A stretch of DNA of 64,000 nucleotides from Malacoraja senta (taxonomy: Eukaryota), in assembly GCA_038087875.1 (NCBI GenBank), contig CM075977.1, positions 124,558,001 through 124,622,000 on the forward strand, given 5' to 3'. A program made the translations under genes and the position numbers. This document shows, one piece after another, positions 53,705 through 64,000 of the stretch. The notes below the pieces were generated by a model. The model searched no databases, had not been told where the DNA came from, and worked only from the letters and a program-made list of their open reading frames with translations. Every line of letters begins with the position of its first letter. Within the stretch, counting starts at the first letter, position 1.

Positions 53705-54140
53705 TGAGTGCAACCAAGCTCAGGCTCGGCAATCGTTTCACTAAACACCTCCACTCAGTCCGTCTTAACCTACCTGATCTCCTGGTGGCTCAGCACTTCA
53801 ACCCCCTCCCATTCCCAATCTGACCTTTCTGTCCTGGACCTCCTCCATTGTCAGAGTGAGGCCCAGCCCAAATTAGAGGAACAGCACCTCATATTTCGCT
53901 TGGGTAGTTTACACCCCAGCGGTATGAACATTGACTTCTTTAACTTCAGATAGCCCTTGCTTTCTCTCTCCCTCCCCAGTTCTCCCAGTCTTACTGTCTC
54001 CGCCTACATTGTATCTTTGGCCCACCCCCTCCCCTGATATCAGTCTGAAGAAGGGTCTCGACCCAAAACATCACCCATTTCGTTTTCTCCAGAGATGCTG
54101 CCTCACCCGCTGAGTTACTCCAGCATTTCGTGTCTACCTC
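53705..54140 (+). mobile_element. Penelope GIY-YIG 3' fragment plus tail
   Basis: HSQSDLSVLDLLHCQSEAQPKLEEQHLIFRLGSLHPSGMNIDF; CTGAAGA at 54045-54051. Confidence 0.85.
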
Positions 54141-56039
54141 TGAGCAAATGACAGGTCCATTCAAGTGTCTGAAAACATCAAGAAAGTAGCTTTTCTTGAA
54201 TCTTGAAACGCATTCTTTCAAGCGTTTGTACATTCTGCCTGATGGCAAAGGGGAGGAGAAAGTGATTCAAGTAGCCCTTGATTATATTGGATGCTTTCCA
54301 GAGATAGCGTAAAGTGTAAATGAAGTTGATGGGGGGGGGGAGGAAGATTGGTTTGCATGATGGACTGGGCTATATGGTAAGTAATATTTAGATTATTAAA
54401 TGTTTAGACTTTAAATAAAATTCGACTACATGCTAATACAAGTTTCTTATTGCAGAAAAATGCATAACAAATAGAAATTTCAACTGAAATATTCGAACAT
54501 ACACTTCATCTGATATTTCATGTAGTTTTAAAATACTGCATTAATTATTCAATGCTGGAAGTGATTGTCTAACTCCCACCACTAACCCCAACTTGTTTTG
54601 AAATACCTCATCAACCCCTCTGTAATTCGCTCATTTCACTTACCTCTCTCTCCCTTAATCGTCACCTAATGCACTGCCTCTGTTTTTTAAAATCACTAAC
54701 AGCAACATGCAAGAGGTGGAGGTCAAGAGAGATATAGATCAGCTGAGACAGTTTAACAGATTAAGAGAAGTTGCACATCAATGCTGGAATAGTGGAAATC
54801 AGAGCAGCTGTCAGCAAGCATTTTTGATGCAAGGTGTTAATAACTGAACAGATAGCTAACTACAGCAATTTGAAGACACCTCATCATATCTGATTCACAT
54901 CTCTACCTTTCTGGGATTTTACACAAACAAGTCACAAGGTACATAAAGAGGAAGTGTTCCTCAGAGACTTAGCTGCTTCATATATTCAAGATAGTTATCC
55001 TTCTCTAAGGAAATGGAGCAATTTCGGGCAAGTGCAAAAAAGTCATTTTTGTAATCTTATTGAATGGTGGACCAAGCAAATGGCTCATGGCTGCTTCAAT
55101 TCTTATTTCACAGTTTGCTTCTCAGGGTGATCTGTTGCACAGTATAATTTGGCCATTAAACATGTTCAATCTCTGCCTGTAAAAAGCGAGGACCACAGCA
55201 AAGACAGCAGGAGCAGCAAGATAAAAACCATATCACATCAACCGCAAGGTGCTAAAGCAAGAGGATGACGACAAAGAGTCACCTCGCCCACACTGTCAGC
55301 ATCAGGAGTCTCGTGCCAGGCTTCCAACAATAAATCACCTTTCTGGATATGACGAGCAGATCACCTTGGCTGCTGTGCACTTTTGAATGCTCTTTGTTAA
55401 CCTCTTGATAGTGCTGTGGTTGTGACTGTAGTGTTGGGGACAGGTATTTTCCCCAAAGGATGAATTTTGTGGGGTGTGTGACAGCTGTGATTTGCCAAAA
55501 ATAAATAAGTTCTGCAATTACACAACAATTTCCTAGGAAAACAATGTCAGGAACATTTTCCTGTCCATAATATCCATTCTCACTCATTATCAAAGTACAT
55601 GCATTTGCAGGAGCATTTAAGCCTTTACATTATTTTGATAAAGATCTCCAATAGGTGTACCAAATCATTCAGTGTCCCATAACAATGCAGCCGTACTGCA
55701 ACTATTCATTCAGCTTTCAGTCTCACCAAGACTTTTCAATGACGATAAGACTTAATATTCTCATCATAGTGAAAACATGGACAAATTTGTTTTTCAGCAT
55801 TATCAATTGACTGCCTCTAATTTTTACAATAAACACCTGCTCCTTCTTGGATTCATCTCATCAGGTTCAATTACCATTATAACAAGCACTTCTTCCCAAT
55901 TACAAACCTTACAAGTGTTCAAACAGTCCACTTGTGAACACTCAAATTCGCTAATGGCTATAACAGTCAGAATACTAGAATATTTTAAGGATATGCAGTG
56001 AGGTCAGAATAGCACATACCCGTTTTTTTTAAATTAAAT

Positions 56040-56335
56040 AGGACAGCACAGAAGCACATCTAGCTCAAAGTACTGCCTCAAAGGATCAGAAATTTGAGTT
56101 CAATCCTGACCTTAGCTGCTGTCTGAGTAAAGTTAACACATTATCCCTGTGACTGTGTGGGTATCCTCTGTGTGTTCTGATTTTCCATTGACATCCAAAG
56201 ACATGTGGTTTGGTAAGTTTAATTGGTCACTATTAAGTTGCCCCCAAATGTATAGGTGAGTAATAGAATCTTATGTGATGAGAATGTGGAGAAAATTTTA
56301 AAAATGGGATAAAAGTAGGATTAGTGTAAATATAG
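56040..56335 (+). mobile_element. Degenerate tRNA-derived SINE
   Basis: B-box-like gagttcaatcct; ccctgtgactgtgtgggt and catccaaagacatgtg core. Confidence 0.65.
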
Positions 56336-56942
56336 ATTCAGTGGGTTGGAGGCCTATAAGCGAGTCTGGTATTCCGAAAACGCAAGGAATCATGAGATTT
56401 GTCAAAGGTCACTCGCAATAATCACCACAGGCAACCGTGCTGCTACATGCACACAGACCCGCGCACCATCCGTAGCCAGGATCCAACCCGGGCCTCCGGC
56501 GCCGCTGAACTGCCACTGGACCTTCCCCCCTCCTCCGAGCGCCCCATCCCTGTCCGAGGGGACCGCCGGGTTAACCAACAGCACTGGACTGATGGGACAC
56601 CGGCCCGGAGCAGTGGAGCTAGTGCTTCTTTTCCACGCTGGCTGCAAGCCCGAGCCGCCACCTCAACGGGCCGGTCCCCCGCCAGTCCAGGGCCGCCGGT
56701 CAACCCGGCTGGACAGGCAGAGTCGAGCCAGAGCCTCCCCTCCGGCTGCAACCCTGGGCTGCCACTGTAACGGGCCAACCCGGACAGGGAGGGGGACGGC
56801 CCAGCAGCAACTCAACAGTGTCTGCAGCACCGGAGACCCGGGCCCGATCCCGACTACGGACGAAACACAGGTCTGCACTCACGCAGCAGCACAGCCGCCA
56901 AGAATGTTTATCGCGAGTGACCCATGACCTGAAGAACCCAGA

Positions 56943-57035
56943 CTGAAGAAGGGTTTCGGCCTGAAACGTTGCCCATTTCTTTCGCTGCATAGATGCTGCT
57001 GCACCCGCTGAGTTTCTCCAGCATTTTTGTGTACC
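56943..57035 (+). ncRNA. Penelope-derived tail with hammerhead-like motif
   Basis: CTGAAGA-A-GGGT-TTCG-GCCT-GAAA-CGTT followed by the conserved gatgctgctgcacccgctgagtttctccagca tail. Confidence 0.55.
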
Positions 57036-57114
57036 TGGTGTGGCTCCTTAATGTTGCTCGCTCCCATTTTAAGGTAATGCCTCCTATATATCCCTTTGAA
57101 GGTGGGGAAATTCT

Positions 57115-57380
57115 GTGACGGACTGGGTGCTCACTACCACTTTTTGTAACCTTCATTCCTGGCCATTAGAGTTGCCAAACCAGACTGTGATGCAACCAGT
57201 CAATATGCTCTCTACCGTACATATGCAGAGGTTTGAGAGTATCTATCGGCATACCAAACCTCCTCAATCTTCTAAGGAAGTAGAGGCGTTGATGGACTTT
57301 CGTTATGATTGCATCAATGTGTTGGGCCCAAGATATGCATGCCCTGGAACTAGAAGGTGTTTGCTCTCTCCACCAGCAAC
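57115..57380 (-). mobile_element. Rex1/Babar 3' fragment
   Basis: WAQHIDAIITKVHQRLYFLRRLRRFG. Confidence 0.75.
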
Positions 57381-57546
57381 CCAACGAGGAAGATAGATTT
57401 GTGATTTCTTCAGGAACTCAAACCATCCTCCCCCCTTCCCTCCGACACAGACACGGAGCGATCGCCAGCCCCCCCCCCCCCCCCCCATTTTTTGTTTGTT
57501 AAATATCTATTTCTTTGGGCGTTTAAAAAAAAAAATTCCGCCTTAC

Positions 57547-57638
57547 CATTTCTGTACTTTTTCGATAGCTGCCATGATCCGTTTGATGTCATTCTTCACT
57601 CTGCTCCTGGTCTCGGCCCGCACCGATCTTCCGGACAT
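57547..57638 (-). pseudogene. BCL7A: Captured BCL7A first coding exon, copy 1, with splice donor
   Basis: [30 protein letters not shown] plus TG|GTAAGG (92 coding nt). Matches the BCL7 N-terminal domain; KR(V/I)MAA favours BCL7A over BCL7B/C, which have KKVMA. Confidence 0.88.
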
Positions 57639-57878
57639 GCTGTGTGTGTATTTGTTTGGCGGACTCTGAGGGGAGAAGCGCCGGCACCAAGAGCGAGCGA
57701 ACGCGCGGACAGACGGACGAAAGCAAAGATCATAGAGCGGAATAGGTGACATTTCGGGTCGAGACCTTTCTTTGGACTGAGTCAGGGGAAAGAGGAACAA
57801 GAGATATAGACGGTACTAAGGACAAATAAATGGAAGATATGCCTATATCTCCCGTTTCCCTTTCTCTTGACTGTCAGT

Positions 57879-58143
<265 letters not shown>

Positions 58144-58544
58144 TGATCTGCTGATTTAAACCAGCATCTGCAGTTCCTCCCTATACAAGGTATGTGCTGT
58201 TTTCGTCTGTATTAGTGTGAGTCCAGTCAGATTTGGCTTCCAGTCAGATTAACAATCACGCAAGTTTCCATACACACACTTACTTCAGCAAATAGCGACC
58301 AAGGCAGTGCTGACAGTGATGGGGGAAATTGATGAGGGTTTACTGCATTTAAAAAGAAAATTAAAAAAACATTTAAAACATTTAAAAACACACAAACTGT
58401 TCCCCCGCAACGCTCATTACACTGCGAGAGGCATAACTGAGATCGGGTCAGGTTTACTGAAATGGTGGAAGTTATGCTCCGGTGCGTACTACACGTCAGT
58501 CCATTGGATTTCGCAGGAGTGGACCATCTTGCTCCACTCTATGA

Positions 58545-59203
58545 TAGAAACATAGAAAATAGGTGCAGGAGGAGGCCATTCGGCCCTTTGAGCCAGCACA
58601 GCCATTCATTGTGATGATGGCTGATCGTCCCCAATCAATAACCCGTGCCTGCCTTCTCCCCATATCCCTTGATTCCACTAGCCCCTAGAGCTCTGTCTAA
58701 CTCTCTCTTAAATCCATCCAGTGACTTGGCCTCCACTGCCCTTTGTGGCAGGGAATTCCACAAATTCACAACTCTCTGGGTGAAAAGGTTTCTTCTCACC
58801 CGAGTCTTAAATGGCTTCCCCTTTATTCTAAGACTGTGGCCCCTGGTTCTGGACTCGCCCAACGTTGGGAACATTTTTCCTGCATCTAGCTTGTCCAGTC
58901 CTTTTATAATTTTATATGTTTCTATAAGATCCCCCTCATCCTTCTAAACTGCAGTGAATACAAGCCTAGTCTTTTCAATCTTTCCTCATATTTTCTCATA
59001 TGACAGTCCCGCCATCCCAGGATCAATCTCGTGAACCTACGCTGCACTACCTCAATCACAAGGATGTCCTTCCTCAAATTAGGAGACCAAAACTGTACAC
59101 AATACTCCAGATGTGGTCTCACCAGAGCCCTATACAACTGCAGAAGAACCCCTTTACTCCTATACTGAAATCCTCTTGTTATGAAGGCCAACATTCCATT
59201 AGC
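58545..59203 (-). mobile_element. CR1 3' fragment
   Basis: AFITRGFQYRSK...[13 protein letters not shown]; 3'UTR. Confidence 0.9.
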
Positions 59204-59204
59204 A

Positions 59205-60420
59205 TCTACCCATGATCTTTGGTCATGGGTATAAAGTCAGTAGGGCCGGGAACTGAGCACACAGCCCTGAAGCGCTCCTGTACTGTTGGTTATTGAGGAA
59301 GTGTTGTTGGTAATTCGCACAGATTGTAGTCTGTTGAGAAGGAAGTTAAGGATCCAGTTGCATAGGGTTGTGGGACCCAGATAACAAGTTTGTAGAGAAT
59401 GATGGTGTTTAATGCTGAGTTGATATGCACCACAACCAACTTCACAATGAAGTTCACCACCACCAACATTAATGCCACTGGTTGGTAGTTATTGAGGCAT
59501 GTTACCGGTATTATCGATGTATTTTGAAATAGGTGGGAACCCAAGACCTTAGTAACAAGAGACTGAAGATATACTCCTCCACATATTTCCTTATGAAGTC
59601 TGTACCAATCGTGGGTTATTTGTTCAGGTCCGTTGCAGTGTCCGAGTATACTGACCAAGCAATTTAGATATGGCTTAGAGATACATCATTGAAATATTCC
59701 ATTGGCCCAGCAAGTCCATGCCAACCATCAATCAACCATTCAGACTAGTTTGCTGTTACCGCACTTTACACTCCACTCCCTACATATTAGGGATAATTTT
59801 ACATAGGCCAATTAACCTACAAACCTGTACATTTTTCCGAAATGGAACACCCGGAGGAAACACGCACAGTAACAGGCTGAACATGCAAACTCCATCAACA
59901 CCCAGGGATGTTCAATTGGTAAGTTGTTTCTCTGCCTCCCCTGACCGGTTCTGTGCACTCATTGTTGGAACTGCACTTTGCATTCATGCCCTATACAGGA
60001 AGAAGTAACAGTCAGGTGGTCTGATTATCCAAAGTGAGAACGACGGATGGAGCAACACGTATCTTTGATGGTAGAATACCAGCGGTCAAGGCTGTGATTA
60101 TCTGGTGCTGTAGGACACTTACTAATGGTAGTTAAGAAGTGACTTCTTCCAGCTGGCCTTGTTGAAGTCAATAGTGACGATGGGAAAGACATCAGCGTAC
60201 GCCGTCTTGTTTGTTGATCACAGTATTCTACTCCTCAAGTGCTAGATAACCGTCTACTATGGGCAGGATGTTGTCTGCGTTCATGATGATGGAGGTGAAT
60301 ACTTTCGGGAGTTAGAAGGAATGGCATTTAACTGCCAGATGTTCCAAATGCGGAGAGGAGGAGTTGGTTAAAACTGCTTCTTCTGTGCAGCATGAAAGTT
60401 TACCATGAGGCAGACTCCTC
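59205..60420 (-). mobile_element. Old Rex1/Babar fragments with an embedded SINE (~59730-59910)
   Basis: TCLNNYQPVALM; degenerate APE and RT motifs. Confidence 0.55.
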
Positions 60421-60464
60421 TGTCCTCCCCTTTCCCTGATGCTTCCGGTTCGGTCAATGTCATT

Positions 60465-61250
60465 AAGTCATAAGGAATAGTAGAATTAGGCCATTCGGCC
60501 CATCAAGTCTCATGCCATTCAATCATGGCTAATTTATCTCTCCTAACCCCATTCTCCTGCCTTCTCCACATAACCTCTGACACCTGTACTAATCTAGAAT
60601 CTATCTAATCTCTGCCTTAAAAATATCCACTGACAGTCCTCTGCAGCCTTCTGTGGCAAAGAATTCCACAGATTCACCACCCTCTGACTTAACAAATGTC
60701 TCCTCATCACCTTCCTAAAAGGTCCTTGAATTCTGAGGCTATGACCTCTAGTTCTAGACTCGCCTACTAATGGAAACATCCTCTCCACATCCACTCTACC
60801 CAAGCCTTTCACTATTCTGTATGTTTCAATGAGGTCCCTCTTCATTCTTCTAAACTCCAGCGAGTACAGACCCAGTGCCGACAAACGTTCATCATAGATT
60901 AACCTATTCATTCCTGGGATCATTCTTGTAAACCTCCTCTGGGCCCTCTCCAGAGCCAGCACATCCTTCCTCAGATATGGCGCCCAAAATTCCTCACAAT
61001 ATTCCAAATGCGGCCTTACCAGCGCCTTATAGAGCCTCAACATTATATCCCTGTTTTGGTACACAAGCCCTCTTGAAATAAATGCTAACACTGAGTTTGC
61101 TTTCTTTACTATCGATTTGACTTGCAGATTAACTTTTTGGGGAATCCTGCGCCAACACTCCCAAGTCCCTTTGCACCTCCAATTTCTGTATTCTCACCCC
61201 ATTTAGAAAATAGTCTATGCCTTTATTCCTACTACCAAAATGCATACTCC
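60465..61250 (-). mobile_element. CR1 3' fragment; resumes at ~62290-62340
   Basis: 165-aa RT C-terminal ORF ([16 protein letters not shown]). Confidence 0.88.
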
Positions 61251-61396
61251 AGTGTTAAAATAATTGGGCTACAAAAAGTCATGTCATAATTTCTCCAAAC
61301 CTCATGGTCTCATTTGTAACCACAGTGATATCGGTACAATTACAAACCCAGAATCCCACTTCAATTGGCAGAATCAGACCCTATAAAATAAATGAC

Positions 61397-62287
61397 ATGC
61401 AATGAGGAGGATGCTATGAGAATGCAGGGTGACTGGGACAGGATGGGGGAGTGGGCAGATGCATGGCAGATGAAGTTTAATGCGGATAAATGTGAGGTTA
61501 TCCACTTTGGTAGCAAAAACAGGAAGGCTGATTACTATCTAAATGGCGTCAAGTTGGGAAAAGGGGAAGTACAACGGGATCTGGGGGTCCTTGTACATCA
61601 GTCTACGAAAGTAAGCATGCAGGTACAGCAGGCAGTGAAGAAAGCGAATGGTATGTTGGCCTTTATAACAAGAGAAATCGAATATAGGAGCAAAGAAGTC
61701 CTTCTGCAGTTGTACAGAGCCCTAGTGGTACCACACCTGGAGTATTGTGTGCAGTTTTGGTCCCCTAATTTGAGAAAGGACATTGTTGCTATTGAGGGAG
61801 TGCAGCGTAGGTTTACAAGGTTAATTCCCGGGATGGCGGGACTGTCATATGCTGAGAGAATGGAGCAGCTGGGCTTGTACACTCTGGAGTTTAGAAGGAT
61901 GAGAGGGTATCTCATTGAAATATAAGATTGTTAAGGGCTTGGACATGCTAGAGGCAGGAAACATGTTCCCGATGTTGGGGGAGACCAGAACCAGGGGCTA
62001 CAGTTTAAGAATAAGGAGTAAGGCATTTAGAACGGAGACGAGGAAACACTTTTTCTCACAGAGAGTGGTGAGTCTGTGGAATTCTCTGCCTCAGAGGGCA
62101 GTGGAGACAGGTTCTCTGGATGCTTTCAAGAGAGAGCTAGATAGGGCTCTTAAAAATAGCAGAGTCAGGGGATATGGGGAGAAGGCAGGAACGGGGTACT
62201 GATTGGGGATGATCAGCCATGATTACATTGAATGGCGCTTCTGGCTCGAAGGGCCGAATGGCCTACTCCTGCACCTATTGTCTATTG
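61397..62287 (+). mobile_element. Younger CR1 3' part inserted into the previous CR1
   Basis: 177-aa and 95-aa RT ORFs; ctattgtctattg tail. Confidence 0.9.
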
Positions 62288-64000
62288 TCCACACTTTGTT
62301 ACACTATATTCCATCTGCCACCTCTGCCTATCCTCACAACCTGTCCGTTCTTCTGCAGAATCAATGCTTTTTCTTCACTAATGTGATGAATGAAGAAACC
62401 CGTTGGCTGGAGAGCTGGGGGTGAGCTATGTCTCAGTGTTAAAATAATTGGGCTACAAAAAGGTCATAATTTCTCCATACCTCATGGTCTCATCTGTAAC
62501 CACAGTGATATCTGTACAATTACAAACCCAGAATCCCACTTCAATTGGCAGAATCAGACCGTATAAAATAAATGACCTGAAATGATGTGTTCCAAACAAA
62601 GGACTATCTCTATTCTTCCGAATTCTTTCCCAATGAGTTTTGAATGTAAAGTCATTTCTCAAATTGCAAGACATTAAGAATGGTCAGAAATTTTGTGGTT
62701 TGGCATTCTGTAGTGAAATCATAAAATTGAGATCATCCTCATTTTCAAAAACATCTCATATCATTGACTACTGGATCTGCCTCGAGGATCAGGTTGTCAT
62801 AGAGTCACTGCAGATTTTCTGCACAAGCTCTGCAATATGTCACAACGGTACGCCTATATACCCTTTGCATTAGTTTACTGTTATTGTTAAAAGAAAATAT
62901 CAGGCTGATAGGGAATCCCAACAACTGCTGGCCCAACAATTCGCTGTTATCACACTCCAGAGTAGACTGGATAACCCCATTCGTCCTTGTGACATGGCAT
63001 CCCAGATTCACATATACAATTAGGCTTATTTGTCCTCTACTTTAAATGGAGGTGCATCACCCAAGAATGCAACTTCATTTTTTTGCAGCACATGATGGCA
63101 GACTAAAAATTGAGTCATCTTCAGTTTGGTAGTGCAGTTCGCTTATGAAAAACATGAACAGAATCTAATTAGCTAAATTCAATGGAATCAATCAGCATGC
63201 GTTGCACAAATGGACCAACAGGTTTAAATTGAACAAAACTAACCAGTAAAATCTACTCACCGCCAGCTGTGTTTTGATTGCACTGGTTTTTTCCAGTTAA
63301 GCTTGGAATCCCTACAATGTTGCTTCCTCAGTGTCTGATGCTTGGCTTTATTCTTGGTTTAGATGCAATTGTTCTCTCAAAATAGCTTTGAAGAGTTTAT
63401 GCCCTTGATGGGCCAGCTTCAGACTAAGAGATAGCATCTGAGATCTTTGAGTTTCAGTGCCTTGGCAAGAGCAGTACTTGACAACTGGAGGATGCAGAAG
63501 GGATCTTGTAATCTGAAAGGGCAGGTTCCCCCCCCCCCCCCCAGTTTCTGCACTGCTAACAACACTTTATGGTACCAGATAACTTGTTGATAGTCTTTAA
63601 ACTATCCAGAACACACCCAAGGCTGATCAATTGAACCAGGCTGTTCTCCATGATAGCAGCACTAACACTTGCAAAGATGCAAGCTTCAGTACCAGGAATC
63701 TGTCTGCACATGGTTAGCAGAACTCAAAAGGACTGAGACAGTTCCCTAATAGAACCTGCTCTCATCCAGGGTATTTCCTTGGCATTGGCATTGTCTGGCA
63801 TCGAAGAGGAAACCACTTTCACAGTGCAAGTAAGGTTCTCCTAGCTCTCCATAGCTTCAGAGGGAACATCGACACGGATTCCTCCATGTTCCTATTCATC
63901 TCATAGAACCAAACTGACAGAACAGACACTGCTCCAAACATTTTAGAATGCCTACCAAAGAGTTTTCCTCCTAAATGCCTCATCATGGATCTCATGCAAC

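Noticed and set aside
54640-55600. Candidate PJA2 upstream exons (donor-like gag|gtaagt near 54651 and gag|gtgact near 55282)
   Set aside because: No recognisable homology; splice-like motifs alone are insufficient.
63255-64000. Donor-like gcg|gtgagt near 63260 with moderately GC-rich sequence upstream
   Set aside because: No ORF or identifiable homology; could be a UTR exon or an ancient repeat, and this cannot be decided from sequence.

Overview
Vertebrate genomic DNA with a repeat landscape typical of cartilaginous fish, probably a skate or ray (inference). The host gene is PJA2 (praja RING-H2 E3 ligase) on the minus strand. Eight coding exons run from ATG 42791 to TGA 11176; all have GT-AG ends, their phases agree, and they join into 2109 nt = 702 aa. 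The 5' exon(s) were not located. Introns and flanks are filled with CR1 and Rex1/Babar LINEs, one full-length degenerate Gypsy LTR element (45518-50558), Penelope GIY-YIG fragments whose 3' tails carry hammerhead-ribozyme-like motifs, tRNA-derived SINEs, PIF/Harbinger-type TIR elements and a probable Helitron. An assembly gap spans 21216-22510. The most striking observation is at 57385-58175: an unspliced piece of BCL7A (5'UTR, 92-nt first coding exon, splice donor, start of intron 1) is fused just downstream of the Penelope hammerhead motif and duplicated as a ~545-bp inverted repeat. This looks like host-gene capture by a Penelope-derived, ribozyme-bearing element that could form a BCL7A hairpin RNA.
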